Assembly: GCA_000004985.1 (NCBI GenBank)
Contig: GG738903.1
Origin: Naegleria gruberi
Lineage: Eukaryota
Length of the DNA stretch: 64,000 nucleotides
Direction: 5' to 3' (one strand)
A program made the translations under genes and the position numbers. The notes below the pieces were generated by a model. It made no database searches, had not been told where the DNA came from, and saw only the letters and a program-made list of their open reading frames with translations. This document shows, piece after piece, positions 38,309-50,276 of this stretch; the first letter of the stretch is position 1; each line of letters starts with the position of its first letter.

Positions 38309-41300
38309 ATGTCGGCATCAGCAGATTATGATTCAAAGAAGAGAAAAATTTTGGAGGCTTCTGATTCAGTTGATCAAATTGTTTCGGATGAAAATGATAG
38401 ACTCATTGATCAAGTTTCTGATGCGCTTCATCGATTGACTCTACAAAAACGAGCTGATTCAATGGTAATGGCATTGGTCGATGATAAAAGACAAGTTTCA
38501 TCATCATCATCTTCCCGTGATGAAAGGCTTGATTCTCTCCAGCAAATGCAACAAGAAAAAGTTGTTGTGTTGAAAGTTGGTGGTAAGTTCTATCAACTTC
38601 ATCTTTATTCGAATTTAATATATTTTGATCATCCATAGGAAAATTCTTTAACACAACAATGAGAACTTTGGTGGGAGAAAGAGGAAGAAAATTAGAAAAT
38701 TTGGATAATGACGAAGAAATGAAGGAAGGTGAAGAAGAAAAACAAGATGAAGACGAAAACGATGAAAAAGAAGAAACAAAAGATGATGATTGTGAATATG
38801 TCACAGCACAACCGAACTTGTTCAAAGTCATGTTTGATTCTGGAATTGGCATTGAGAGAGATGAAGCAAACAAGTCTGCAATTTCATTCCCTGATAGAAA
38901 TCCAGACTATTTCGAATATGTTTTAGAGCACTTGAGACAGGGAGGAAAAGTTAAATCGCTTGGTGTTGAGAAATTGAATGCCAATCAGTTGGAGAACATT
39001 TTGGAAGAGTCCAATTATTTTGCAACTGAAAAGTTATCAGAGTACATTCTATTCTTACTCGAAAAGTATCACAAGTTACATGGGTCGAATTTGGGCAAGT
39101 TTGCTGAAACAGAAGATCAGAATTCAGAATCTAAATCATTAATAGTACCTCAAAAGGTTGAAATTCCAATTGAACAAGTTAGACAAAGACTCCTTCTAGT
39201 TGAAGATTCCATCAATGAATCAAAGAAGGTGGCCAAAGAATTATCACTCAAATTAGTTAGCAAGTACCAGAACTTCATCTTGGGAAATGATTTAGAGACT
39301 GACCTGTCTGTTAAAATTGATGTTTCTGGTCAAATTTTCACAATTCCTTTTGCCATTTTGCAACAGCATGAAACTTTCCTCATTTCCAAGTACATTTTAG
39401 CACCAAATTTTTGTTTGAATGAGAATGGGTGCATCTTTATTGATAGAAGTCCAAAGTTATTCGCCCTTATTCATTCATATATGATTAGTGGCAAATTTAC
39501 TCATTTCCCAAAAAACCTCTCAAGGGAAAAGAAACATCAATTGAAGCAAGAAGCAGAATTTTATGGTGTCATCTCTATTATTAATGATTATCTTGATCCA
39601 TTACGTTACCCAGTTGAAAAGATTGGCCAAGACAATATTGAATTGAAAGAAAAGGAAGACAAATTGAGAGAAATATATGCAAAGGAAAGAGAATCACCAT
39701 TATTGAACGATCCATATCTATTACTATCACCTCTCTTCCAAAATTTAGAAGAAATTAATGATCAAGAAAAGTACAGAATTGATTTTGGAGAATGTCCTAA
39801 ATTATTAGATTTATCTGACAAAACCAGATATTCCAGACAAGTTTCTAAACCTCAACTTTTAACTAATTTGGGCGCTTTCAAATTGAATTGGCATAGATTC
39901 ACGCAAGGAGCACTCAAAGGTCTGGATTGGAACAATGTAATTGCTGCAGGTGAGTTCAATTAATTCTTCGATTTTAATTTATAATATTTAAATTAGGTGG
40001 TGGTATTCTTGCTTGTTGTTTGAAACCTGACACTTCCGAAAATATCAGTACCGTTGGTCTTAATTTACCACGCAATGGTTCTGAAAGAAAAAAGTCTTCC
40101 AAACCAATGATGGATGATAATGAAGAGAATGATGTTTCAGATTTTGGTTATTGGAAAAGATTGAAAAAAGAATCATCAGCAGAGGAAGGTGAGTCATTAA
40201 CACAAACAAAGCTTGATAAGGATAGATATCTTAGGGGGGACACGACTATATACAGGTTTCTTAGTTACACAACAGACGATAAGAGAACAAATTTGAGAAA
40301 TCTTGAGAAAATATATACACCCATCATTTCTAAAACAACAGCTGTTCCTGTGGTGGATGAAAAGAAAGAAGACGCTTTTTTCATTCCAGAGGCAAATATT
40401 CCAAGCTCATTTAAAAATTCAGATATTGATCTCTTTCTGTATGCTCTAAGTGAAGAACAAGCAGAAGAAAAAATCAATCACATTTATCAAACCATTAAGA
40501 AAAATATGAGATCTAGATTAATTACAAAATATTCTGAAAAAACTAATAGTCAAGATTTCTTAAGCGGAGAAATGGTCAGGGCTTATGAGGATGGTGTTAT
40601 CAGAACTGAAGAATGTACGGTTAATGATGATGTTCTGGTTGTTAGAACTAAATTTGCTGTTACATTCTATTGTTACAAACTCAGACCAATTCAAGTTGTT
40701 TTGAGAATTTACAAATCACCTGCTGAAGTTTTGTTAGGTTTTGACATTGATTGTGCTACTATGGGGTATGATGGATATCAAGTTTGGTCAAGTGAAAGAG
40801 CAAGAAGAGCTTTAATGTATCATACTAATCTTGTTGATGTTGATAGACAATCTACAACTTATGAATATAGATTATACAAGTACAGTAAGAGAGGTTTCTC
40901 TGTTTCAATTCCAGGTTATGATACTGCTAAAGTTCAAAATCAATTGTTGCAATATCCACGAAGATATTCATTTAATTCTACTGAGTATTTATTGCATGGC
41001 TTGGCAAGACTTATTGCTTTCGATAACTCTTGTCGCTCTAGATACCCACAACGTGTTTTAGGCGCGTATGACAGAGATAACCAAGCACAGTCAATTGAGG
41101 AAAATTCAGTACTTGTACTTTCTGGTGAGCTAAATGTCAAGTCAGATTATCTTGATCTGAACATCATCAAATCACACAAATACCCTCCAAGTATTATCTT
41201 TGAAACTTTGGAAAGAGCTCGCAAGGTTGTTGCCAAGATTAATTTAGAAAAAGAAGATACCTTTACGCGCTCACTTGATACGTTTGTTTTAGACAGCAGA

Positions 41301-41981
41301 TTGAAAGAAAATACATCTAACATTATAAGAAAGAGAAATCCAGATTGGAAACCACACTTTATTTATACTTTAAATGATATTGATACCATAATTAATAATG
41401 AAATATTTGATTCCAGACTCTCCAAGAAGATTGAGTTTCTTACAGTTGATCCAGGAACTCAAAAAATTGGTTCTTTCCATCCTAAGGATATTAACTTTTA
41501 TAGAGATGCCTATCAACCAGTTCCATCCACTAATTTACCTGTTTTAGGTGATGAATATTCCACAAATACATACATTTGGTACAAGTCAATGACTTCACCT
41601 CCAGAACAAGTAATTAGCAAAACGGACAAAAGATATCAAAAATTACCTGTTAGAACTGCTCCTTTTTATTCACTTACCAATGAAGTAGTATGGTTCGAAG
41701 TGTTGACACCAGAAGAAAGCAACACAATAGAGACTGAATACAGAAAGTACCTTATTTACAAGAGTCCTGAAAGATTTGCACTTTCAGAATGTGAAATAGT
41801 TGATTTTTCATTGAATAGACTTTTCTGTGTGATACTACTCATCCCTTCCAACCAAATACCTTTAAATTATTATTCCGAAAAGAATTTTCTGATTACAATG
41901 GCTATCATGATGATGAGGGTACCAATAAGGTTGATATTCTGGCTTTCAATGCACACTATTAAATATCAACATTTTATTTAA
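38309..41981 (+). CDS. Protein with two BTB/T1 (KCTD-like) domains and a long uncharacterised C-terminal region, three exons: 38309..38582, 38639..39949, 39997..41981
   Basis: Intron 1 is GTAAGTTC…ATCCATAG (38583..38638, 56 nt). Intron 2 is GTGAGTTC…TTTAAATTAG (39950..39996, 47 nt). Both are in phase and join three track ORFs. The first T1/BTB is VVVLKVGG|GKFFNTTMRTLVGERG…FPDRNPDYFEYVLEHLRQGG. The second is IDVSGQIFTIPFAILQQHETFLISK…IDRSPKLFALIHSYMISG. Acidic linker; ~1190 aa in total. Confidence 0.6.
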
Positions 41982-41994
41982 TCTAATATATTAT

Positions 41995-42519
41995 TTAGAA
42001 AGAATGCATCAACTTTTCAGCTTCAGTATCAGAACTTGGAAGATAACCACAATTTCCTTCAGTCATCAAAACTGGAACATTGCATTCCAAAGTGACATCC
42101 AATTCAGTTCCATTAACCTTATAGGAATAACCTTCAAAATCATTGGCTTCCTTGTTTGGATTGTGAACAATCTTCAAAGTCATCTTGGTTAATCCAAGGA
42201 AAGCTTCCTTACAATCAGGATCCTTCATAAATTCTTCTGGAATGTCAGAACACAATCTGGCAATTCTTCTTGACTTCATCAAGAATTTGACAACACCAGT
42301 GACGGCTGGAGCATCTTCAGTGTCCCATGAACCAAACTTGTACTTGAGATCACCTGGGAGTGAGGTAACACTATCCCAATCCAATAAGAAGACCATTTGA
42401 GGATTGAGCTTTTGCAAATCACTATTCCAACCCTTAACTTCAGCATACAATTCACGAGCTAATTTCTTGAATGGAAGAGAACCAGACTTTGGGAGGAATT
42501 GGGCTTCGTAGTCAGACAT
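41995..42519 (-). CDS. Conserved hypothetical protein, 174 aa
   Basis: Intact ORF with a true ATG (MSDYEAQFLPKSG…) and complex composition. Its 3' end is 13 bp from the stop of the convergent BTB gene. No family recognised. Confidence 0.45.
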   Translation of the reverse strand: MSDYEAQFLPKSGSLPFKKLARELYAEVKGWNSDLQKLNPQMVFLLDWDSVTSLPGDLKYKFGSWDTEDAPAVTGVVKFLMKSRRIARLCSDIPEEFMKDPDCKEAFLGLTKMTLKIVHNPNKEANDFEGYSYKVNGTELDVTLECNVPVLMTEGNCGYLPSSDTEAEKLMHSF

Positions 42520-43144
42520 GTTGATTTGTTGTTTTGTTGTTTTTTGTTTGTTTTTGTTGTGGAAAAATAGTTCTGTGAGAGTTGCGTGCTATTTAAGGCC
42601 TGTAAAATTGTAAGAAATCTTGCGCCTGTACTTTGAACTGTATCGACACAAATCATTTTACGGTAGGGGCGGAATTGGATTGGTCGTTAAAATCAGCCAG
42701 GGAAATCTCTATACTTGTCCTTATTCCTTCCTTAATAGCGAACGATACATCTTGTTATCTCTGGAAATTGGGAAGGAATATGCTTCGAATCGTGAAATTT
42801 ACACTTCATCAACGAGGAATAACACAATTTTATCAGTTGAATCATATTACAGTTGTTGTTGATGTAACATTACGTAAAATCAATAGTAAGGCCTTACTAA
42901 AAGCACAACGTGTTTTAGTGCATGCTTAATTACAAGTTTATTAATAATATTTGGTGGTGATAATATTCAACCTTAATGATAAGGTTAAATATGAAGATAT
43001 GAATTATCATCAACAACAAGAACATGAAATCAAGATTCAAAGAAATTGACTTCCAATTCTTGTTGGATCATTACCAAACAAACTTGTTTGCATAATGAAA
43101 ATGCAATCATGTTAAATTTCTTTAGGTTTATAAATTTTAAAAAA

Positions 43145-43978
43145 ATGACTGAAAATCATCAGGTGGAAATGGATGACTTGTTTTCATCGTCATCATCCGA
43201 TGATGAAGAATACAACAATACTACACTATCATCAACAACAAGAACAAAAAATCAAAAAGAAGAAAAGTCTGAAGATGAAGAAGAATTGGATTACATGGAC
43301 GATCAATTTATCAAATCCCTTGAATCCGTTGATCACGAAAGGCTTCCAAATATTCATCCATCAGAAGCCTTTCCGTCCAAGAAACTCTCCTTCCGAAATG
43401 TTCCTCTCGAATTGATTCAAGCCTACAACACGGCTCGAGAGGAGAAACAATTTAAAAAGGCTCATCATTTGAAGAAACAAATTCGTGATTATAACATCAA
43501 GGAGGAAATGTTGGAAAAGGCAAAATTGTCTCTTTCAAAGAGTTTGATTGTACAGGAGGAGGAAAAGGAAGCTGGAAAACAATCGGTTGGACTCAAATTG
43601 TTGAAAAGAATGGGATTTGAGCAAGGATCTGGATTGGGAAAGAATAATCAGGGAAGTGTTGCTCCAATTAGTATTGATAAACAGTTGGATTACTTGATGG
43701 AGAGTATGGATTCAAAGATGAAGAAACCAATTATTGGACTTGATGAAGTGCAAGTAATGAAGAGAGACGAGATTGAGAAATTTAAAAGTGAAATGGAACA
43801 AAAGCAAGAAAAAAAAGCTCCCCTCACTGAGGAGGAATTTACCAAAATTATGAGGGAAAAACATAAGGAACAAAAGAAGAAACGTAAAATTAGAATGGCT
43901 TTGACTGAGGATGCTGCTGAGGCAGTTGCTAAAAAGGTAAAACAAGATGAAGAATGGGAAGAGTTTGAGGATTTTTAA
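43145..43978 (+). CDS. G-patch domain protein (GPATCH11/CCDC75-like) with acidic N-terminus and Lys/Glu-rich tail
   Basis: G-patch GLKLLKRMGFEQGSGLGKNNQGSVAPI. The first ATG (MTENHQVEMDDLF) is at 43145; the track start 43046 is upstream in the same frame and its start codon was not verified. Confidence 0.6.
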   Translation: MTENHQVEMDDLFSSSSSDDEEYNNTTLSSTTRTKNQKEEKSEDEEELDYMDDQFIKSLESVDHERLPNIHPSEAFPSKKLSFRNVPLELIQAYNTAREEKQFKKAHHLKKQIRDYNIKEEMLEKAKLSLSKSLIVQEEEKEAGKQSVGLKLLKRMGFEQGSGLGKNNQGSVAPISIDKQLDYLMESMDSKMKKPIIGLDEVQVMKRDEIEKFKSEMEQKQEKKAPLTEEEFTKIMREKHKEQKKKRKIRMALTEDAAEAVAKKVKQDEEWEEFEDF

Positions 43979-44087
43979 ATATTGTGCTGAAAACTTCCTT
44001 TCAACTTCCCTTCAAAATTAACTATTTTGAAATAGATGAAAATAATGGAAGAAATATTTGAAAAAGCGCCCAAATTAGAATTGTTTA

Positions 44088-45935
44088 TCAGAGCTTGAAC
44101 AGCTTGGAATTGAGAAAGGCAGTAGCTGACCTTCTTTTTTCATTGAACGATTGTGTTAGGGATTGACGAAGTGAGAGTCTACGATTGGCTCGTTGCCTAT
44201 CAGAAGCAACATCAATATTAGCAACGGAGTCACCTCTTCCAAAGAGAGCTCCACTAGCTTCTGGTGTAACAATCGTTTGTTCTCCATTCTTATCCGTAAA
44301 TATAATATTCGAAAGATTCACACTACTCCTCTTTTGATTCTTGATATAATCTGAAGATCCCTGTAGATCTGTCCCACAAATTACTGAAGTCAATGTCATT
44401 GAAGCTCTCTTATTATTCAGAAAACCAGAAGAGGAAGCTGACAATTTTGCAGATCCTCTCGGAATCACCACATCAATATTTTGTAAATGTTCAAAATTTT
44501 CATAAATTGCATTCAGTGACTTTCGTTTTCTATCTTGTTCTTCCTCCTCAATTTCATCCCAATATTTAGTTGGTGGTTCTTGATTCAAATCATTTTCCTC
44601 ATTCTGTGGTGTTTGTGACTCAAATTTACGAATCTCCTCCCGCAATGAATCAATATCTCCTCCCTTAATATCACTCACACTAGTTCTGCTCTTTCGTTTC
44701 GAATTGTTGTTTTGATTTGGAGGAGGTGGTGGTGAATTATTCTCAGAATCTTGTGTTGGACTTTTTGGTGAAATAAACCATGGCAATGATCGTGTCGATC
44801 TGTGAGTGGCACCTGTCACTGTAGAAGCATCACTGTTGACTTCTGTAGATACTGGAATGGCTGTTGGGAGAGGTGAATTCTTAGGTGTGGAATGAGCTGA
44901 TAAAGCACCACCAGATGGTGAGTTAACATTCGAAACTTGTTTCAATTTGAGTGGTGGAATGTTCCTAGATGATGAATTGTTAATATTTGGTGAATTATTT
45001 ACAAGGGTATCGATCAATAATGGTGAAGAATCATTAGAATCAGGAGGATTCAATTCTTTAGAGCTCTGAACTGCCAAATTGTTTCGTCTAGTTTCCACAA
45101 AATCATCACTTATTAAATGTTTCAAATGTGAAATGGATGCATCGACAGAATCTGATAAACCAATAGACGAATCCTTGACATATCGAGGTGTAATTAAGGG
45201 CTGTGAAAAATCAATCTTTTCCTCTTCCAAATATTTAGGTATCGAAGGTTGAATATTCGAAACTGAACTTGCACTTCTTTTAGTTTCCTTTTCATTATTC
45301 GAATGATTAATAATCGAATTTTTCTTATTCTTATAATTGGTAATTGCTTGAAATGCAGAAGGTGATGCCTTTCTTTCTTTTTTCACATTATTCGAAAGTC
45401 CATCAACATCAATTGCTGGACTAGTCGCCGAAATGACATCCATTGTTATTCCACTAATATATTCATCAAATATTGAAGATCTAGGACCTGTCAGAGATGA
45501 CGAATGACTGTTAATATCCAAAGATGAAGGTTTCTCGAAAATATTCGAATCAATATTCGAATGTTGTAAATGTTGAGGTGGAGTATTTAATAGAAACCAA
45601 AACTTTTCAGTTGCTGGAGAATCCATTTTAGGTGTTGGTGTTCCAATCTTTAAATTTGTGGGTAAACTCTTTCGTTTTGATGAAGAAGAAGAATTATTCG
45701 AATCTGTACGAAAGGTTTCTTTTTGTTGATTAAATTGAAGTTTATCCAGAGAGAGTGATGGTGTGGTTTCTGGGCTCTTATTTCCTTGTTGTTGTTCCGA
45801 AAGTTGTGTTTCGTTTCCGTTAGACGAATCTTCTTTCATTGAATGCCTTTTATTCGAACCATGTTTATTTCCACCTCCTCCAACATTTTCTCCAATAAAA
45901 CTATTTGCTCTCCTATGAGAATGTTTATTTCCCAT
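44088..45935 (-). CDS. Ser/Asn/Pro-rich low-complexity protein with an N-terminal myristoylation motif (MGNKHS)
   Basis: The 619-aa track ORF starts at a GTG codon; the first ATG is at 45935 (MGNKHSHRRANSF). Long S, N and P tracts. No globular domain recognised. Confidence 0.45.
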   Translation of the reverse strand: MGNKHSHRRANSFIGENVGGGGNKHGSNKRHSMKEDSSNGNETQLSEQQQGNKSPETTPSLSLDKLQFNQQKETFRTDSNNSSSSSKRKSLPTNLKIGTPTPKMDSPATEKFWFLLNTPPQHLQHSNIDSNIFEKPSSLDINSHSSSLTGPRSSIFDEYISGITMDVISATSPAIDVDGLSNNVKKERKASPSAFQAITNYKNKKNSIINHSNNEKETKRSASSVSNIQPSIPKYLEEEKIDFSQPLITPRYVKDSSIGLSDSVDASISHLKHLISDDFVETRRNNLAVQSSKELNPPDSNDSSPLLIDTLVNNSPNINNSSSRNIPPLKLKQVSNVNSPSGGALSAHSTPKNSPLPTAIPVSTEVNSDASTVTGATHRSTRSLPWFISPKSPTQDSENNSPPPPPNQNNNSKRKSRTSVSDIKGGDIDSLREEIRKFESQTPQNEENDLNQEPPTKYWDEIEEEEQDRKRKSLNAIYENFEHLQNIDVVIPRGSAKLSASSSGFLNNKRASMTLTSVICGTDLQGSSDYIKNQKRSSVNLSNIIFTDKNGEQTIVTPEASGALFGRGDSVANIDVASDRQRANRRLSLRQSLTQSFNEKRRSATAFLNSKLFKL

Positions 45936-46591
45936 TATTTCTGTCACTTGACAGTTATTGATGTCAAAATGTTAACAAGAATCTTGCTTTCGAATATAAA
46001 AATTAAAAAACACAACGAGAGTGTTATTGTTAATTAGTTTGTTTGTATTTTTTTCTATTTGGTGCACATTTTCGTAAATTGACTTTTGGCATTTTGTTTG
46101 ATGTCTTGACATGCTCGATTATTTTAGGATGTCAACCAAATTTACTTAGTAAAGTGCATGACAAGATGAAGCACTTTTGTAGCTCTCACCCGCTTCAGTT
46201 TTTGTGTATGGTATTTATTTGCTAAGAGAACTAAATGAGGTTTATTTTGGAGGATCAAAGTTTCTGATAGAAGAATCTAAAAGAAGGTTTTCTTGTATGA
46301 TAGTGTGCTCATGTGTAGTATAGTGTAGTAAGAAATAAAGAGTTAGAAGGTTTCTAATAATGTTATAAGAAATTTACATTCTTGAGCATGTTAACAACAT
46401 ATAGATTGATTGCCTTGCTGTGTATTTGCTCCAATTGACCTATTCCTTCATCACTTACTTTATAACTCAAATCCAAACTGGTCAACTGATCTATTCCAGA
46501 AAAAATTATTTTCAATTTTGTTATTGTAAATATTGAGAAATTTCAAGTTTTTCAAGTTGCTGATTAACTGTTGCTTGTTGTAATAATATTT

Positions 46592-47800
46592 TTATAATTG
46601 AGAGATGGCTGATTCTTGAGGTTTTGATAAGGAAAATATGCTAATTTTGTCCCAAAGTGGAATTTCAGTGAAAATTTCTGATTGGTCAACTAGGATTGGT
46701 ATTCCACTAGTGTTTGATTTGGTTTCACTATTCACATATTCTCTAAAGTCTTCCTTTCTAATAATCTGATCTGAATTCAACGCAGATTGAGAAATGTCAT
46801 CTCGTTTCTGAATAATTTCGACACTTGTCACAGATTGTGAGCTAGCGCTGTTAAATTCAATCAATACAAAGTCCAAAGGACCAAATGAAAATGTTACAAT
46901 AATGCAAAATAAGAGGAGGGATATTTTGTGGATGAATAAACAAATAGGATAAAGTGGAATATAGTAAGCGAAAGCAAATCCTCCAAAACTCATTGAAATT
47001 AAGTTGAGAAGAGCCATGTAGAGTTGACCAAATGTTAGTAGGAGCATTTTACGACATGATTTTCTTCTCTGATCGGTTACTGGAAACTTTTGATTGAGAA
47101 TTAGCTTTCTAATTAGTAAAACAACAATTACCATATTTAGTATGGGAAAGAAGATGGTTGCCAAACAAATGATTGAAATGTAAAATCCGAAAATAACCCT
47201 TGAAATGTTGGACATGATGGTAAAACCTTCAGAATCTATCCATTTCCTTTCGGTGTCATAATATTTGAAAAGACTATAGGTTATTACTAATGGTATTACA
47301 ATTACAATAATCAAGTTGACTATTACAATAAGTGTAATACTTGTTATTTTGATAAAATCTCTCAGCCTCTGATTACCCTTATTCATTCTCATCCACTCAT
47401 GTGATTTGTTAAAATACAATCCATACAAAATTTTTGTAACAACACCAAGGCAATTGGTGCACATTACAATTGACAAGAAAAAAAGCGACTGTTCCAATGA
47501 CGCGCTAATTACTATAAGAATTTCTCCAAAATCTACAAGAATTGAAGTACCAGTCACTATCCCCACTATCTGGAACACTTCTTCCAAAGCAAAAACCAAT
47601 AAAACCATTGAATATAGCAATTTCTTATTGTAAACCATTTTTTTGTAATTCATAATGAAAATGACAAACATAAATACAGAGCAACTGGAAAATATGATGA
47701 ATCCGATACCATTCAATGGTATTCCAATGCTTGATGTCACTATATCTTCCATAGGAATCGTTGAATTGCTGCTCAGAGTTGCAAAAACGTCATTTGCCAT
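46592..47800 (-). CDS. Seven-TM receptor, member 1 of a tandem paralog family (novel family, conserved motifs VLYG.YFN.S..WMR, L.FGQ.YMAL.N and C-terminal FSFGPLD)
   Basis: 402 aa, true ATG, seven hydrophobic helices, N-glycosylated N-terminus (MANDVFATLSSNSTIP…). Shares motifs with 49028..50128, 50277..51344 and 53810..55207. Confidence 0.65.
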   Translation of the reverse strand: MANDVFATLSSNSTIPMEDIVTSSIGIPLNGIGFIIFSSCSVFMFVIFIMNYKKMVYNKKLLYSMVLLVFALEEVFQIVGIVTGTSILVDFGEILIVISASLEQSLFFLSIVMCTNCLGVVTKILYGLYFNKSHEWMRMNKGNQRLRDFIKITSITLIVIVNLIIVIVIPLVITYSLFKYYDTERKWIDSEGFTIMSNISRVIFGFYISIICLATIFFPILNMVIVVLLIRKLILNQKFPVTDQRRKSCRKMLLLTFGQLYMALLNLISMSFGGFAFAYYIPLYPICLFIHKISLLLFCIIVTFSFGPLDFVLIEFNSASSQSVTSVEIIQKRDDISQSALNSDQIIRKEDFREYVNSETKSNTSGIPILVDQSEIFTEIPLWDKISIFSLSKPQESAISQL

Positions 47801-48059
47801 TTTTTTTTTGATATGACTTATCTCTGTAAATGCAGATACTCGTTCTGACCTGCCATGCAGACATTTGCTTTCTGGAATGGTGTTGTCATTTCTAATTTAA
47901 TAAAAGAGATACATCACCATTAAAAGAGGTACCATATGTCCTCAAAACAGTGCACATCAAATGGTTGAGTGAAGATTCTCAATAAAGACTTGACAGCCAG
48001 AGGTTTTGAATTCTCAGTTGACCAAAACATTCAATCAAAGAGATATGAAACACGAAAAA

Positions 48060-48866
48060 ATGTCCGATGATGATGATAAGGATGATGATAAGGAGAATCG
48101 GGAGGGATGTAGTTTGTGTGTTAGTAGCAAAAAGAGGAGCAATACAAACACAGAGTCACCACCACCCACTGAATCAATGGAAAGGTTTACTCAAAGGTGA
48201 AACTAACTCTTGGAAGGTGTTTTGTAAAGAATCTGATGAGAATAGTATGGATTTTTTAATTTGTTATCTTGACTTTTTAACTTTGTAACTCCTTAATAGC
48301 AGACATGGTCTAGTGTTATTGGAAGGTCAACAAGTTTCGACTATTTTCGATTCAGCTGAGGTCATACGGCTGATTTGTGATTTATTAGTGCAACTTGCAA
48401 AATTAAAGAACCAGCGAATCATTCACATCGATTTAAAGCCAAATAATATAGTGAAATATGGTGGCCATTATTTTATAACTGATTACGGATTGTCAATTTG
48501 TTATCATTCATTGGATGGAGAGGTTTGCAGGGATGAGACTAATGAAATTATCAAATCAACAGCAGGCTCTCTTTTTTATGAATCACCTGAGAAGGAGGAG
48601 GGTTTATATCTCCGAAAAGTGATATATTCTCATTGGGATGCACTATTGATGAGATAATCAACTATTCCAAAGATAATAATTCTACTAATGGAAATCAATT
48701 TAATAACAATGTAATAGAACTTATTTCGCATATGAAAGACCCATCGATTAAGACTAGATGGTCAATTGAACAATGTGTTACACTCCTGAAATCTCAATAC
48801 AAAACAGAGCTAAAGACAAGTGTTGATCTTTTCTTGCAAAAGGAAAAGTATGTTAAACGATAACAA
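48060..48866 (+). pseudogene. Truncated protein-kinase-like gene (catalytic C-lobe only) with one intron and an internal single-base frameshift
   Basis: Exon 1 48060..48196 (MSDDDDKDDDKENREGCSLCVSS…); GTGAAA donor; 103-nt intron ending CTTAATAG; exon 2 from 48300. Exon 2 encodes …IIHIDLKPNNIV (HRDLKPxN-like), ITDYGLS (DFG-like) and GSLFYESPE (APE-like). The subdomain IX motif KSDIFSLGCTIDEII follows only in the -1 frame (shift near 48600-48620). No GxGxxG or VAIK region exists between the upstream gene and exon 1. Confidence 0.5.
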
Positions 48867-49027
48867 TTGTTCGGACGATTCATTGTTCTATTAAGCACTA
48901 TAGGTTTCAATAAACCAAAAAATATGACTCAATTACTACTATTTAGATGGTGGTTTCAACATGTCTATATCTTGGAATCGTCATTTGTAGGTAGTAAAGT
49001 AATTGTCCCTATATATGGAGAGATAGG

Positions 49028-50128
49028 TTACACTTTATTTGGGTCAATTGTTTCGTTTGTTTCGTCTTTTTCCACCACAATTTCTGAAACTACCTTAGTA
49101 GAAACATTTGCTTTCACATCCCTTTCCTCAATCTCAATCTTATTCATTGATTTCCTTTTTACAATATTTGCCAATTGATGTCCAAATTCAGAAACATTAT
49201 CCAGTGGTCCAAAAGAAAAGTTTACAACAATACAAAAAATGAAAATTGATGATCTGTGAATTAAAATTGAAATTACACTGAGTGGCATGACAGCACTAGC
49301 AACTCCGGCAGTAATGACACCCACTGCATTCATCATAGACATTATAACTTGACCAAAGTTCAGAATTAGCAAGTTTCGGCAGACTTTCCTTTTTTGGTCG
49401 GTTATGACACTTTGATTTTGACCAAGTAGCTTTCTAATCAACAAGACGGTGATTGTAAAGTTGAGAATTGACAAATAAAAGAATGCTGCAGATATTACAC
49501 TTCCAAGAGTTGGATGAAATATTTTTGTAAACTGTTGTATAGTAAGAACTTGACTCAAGCTCAGAATTTTCCTTCCCGGATCAATAAAAGTCAATAATGA
49601 TGAGATAAACGCATAGGGCATGCTCAAAATCAACAGCAAATTGAAAAATGCAACAATTCCAATCGTTGAAATAAGCACCACTTTCTTACCAATCGAATGA
49701 AGTTTCGAATTTCTCATCCAAGTTTGATTTTCATTAAAATACACTGCATAAAGTACTTTCGTTATAACAGCCTGACAATCCAAACATAATGTCAAGCTCA
49801 ATAAATATCCAGCAAACTCAAATCCAAGAAAAGTTCCGGTCAACCCAAGTGGACCAACAAGCAGAGCTGAAGTATACCCAATTAAACCACATAATTGATA
49901 AATCTGCTGATTTAAACAGGTAAATATCAAGAGTAGGTACATTAATCTCTTGTTTTTCACCATTTTCTTCCATTTATAGATTAGTAGAATCGTCATGGAA
50001 AGTAGAAGAAACAAGAAGAATAAAGCTCCGAGAGAATTGAGAGTAATGATGGAAATAAAGGTGCCAAGATAATCTGATTTGGCTGTAGGTGAGGCAGATG
50101 TTGTAGAGTTGGTCAATGTCGAGTTCAT
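49028..50128 (-). CDS. Seven-TM receptor, member 2 of the tandem paralog family
   Basis: 366 aa, true ATG (MNSTLTNSTTSASP…). Motifs VLYAVYFNENQTWMRNSK, LNFGQVIMSMMNAVG and FSFGPLDNVSEFGHQLANIVKRKS. Confidence 0.65.
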   Translation of the reverse strand: MNSTLTNSTTSASPTAKSDYLGTFISIITLNSLGALFFLFLLLSMTILLIYKWKKMVKNKRLMYLLLIFTCLNQQIYQLCGLIGYTSALLVGPLGLTGTFLGFEFAGYLLSLTLCLDCQAVITKVLYAVYFNENQTWMRNSKLHSIGKKVVLISTIGIVAFFNLLLILSMPYAFISSLLTFIDPGRKILSLSQVLTIQQFTKIFHPTLGSVISAAFFYLSILNFTITVLLIRKLLGQNQSVITDQKRKVCRNLLILNFGQVIMSMMNAVGVITAGVASAVMPLSVISILIHRSSIFIFCIVVNFSFGPLDNVSEFGHQLANIVKRKSMNKIEIEERDVKANVSTKVVSEIVVEKDETNETIDPNKV

Positions 50129-50276
50129 TCTTTTTTTTTGATGTCTTGAAATGTCAAACTGTCAAGAGATAATTTAGAGACGAATCTAAAAACAAATTGG
50201 GAGAGACATTGTCATTTTCAGTTTTTCATTAGTTTTCATTCAATTTTCGCGAAATAGATACATATTTGTAGAAATC

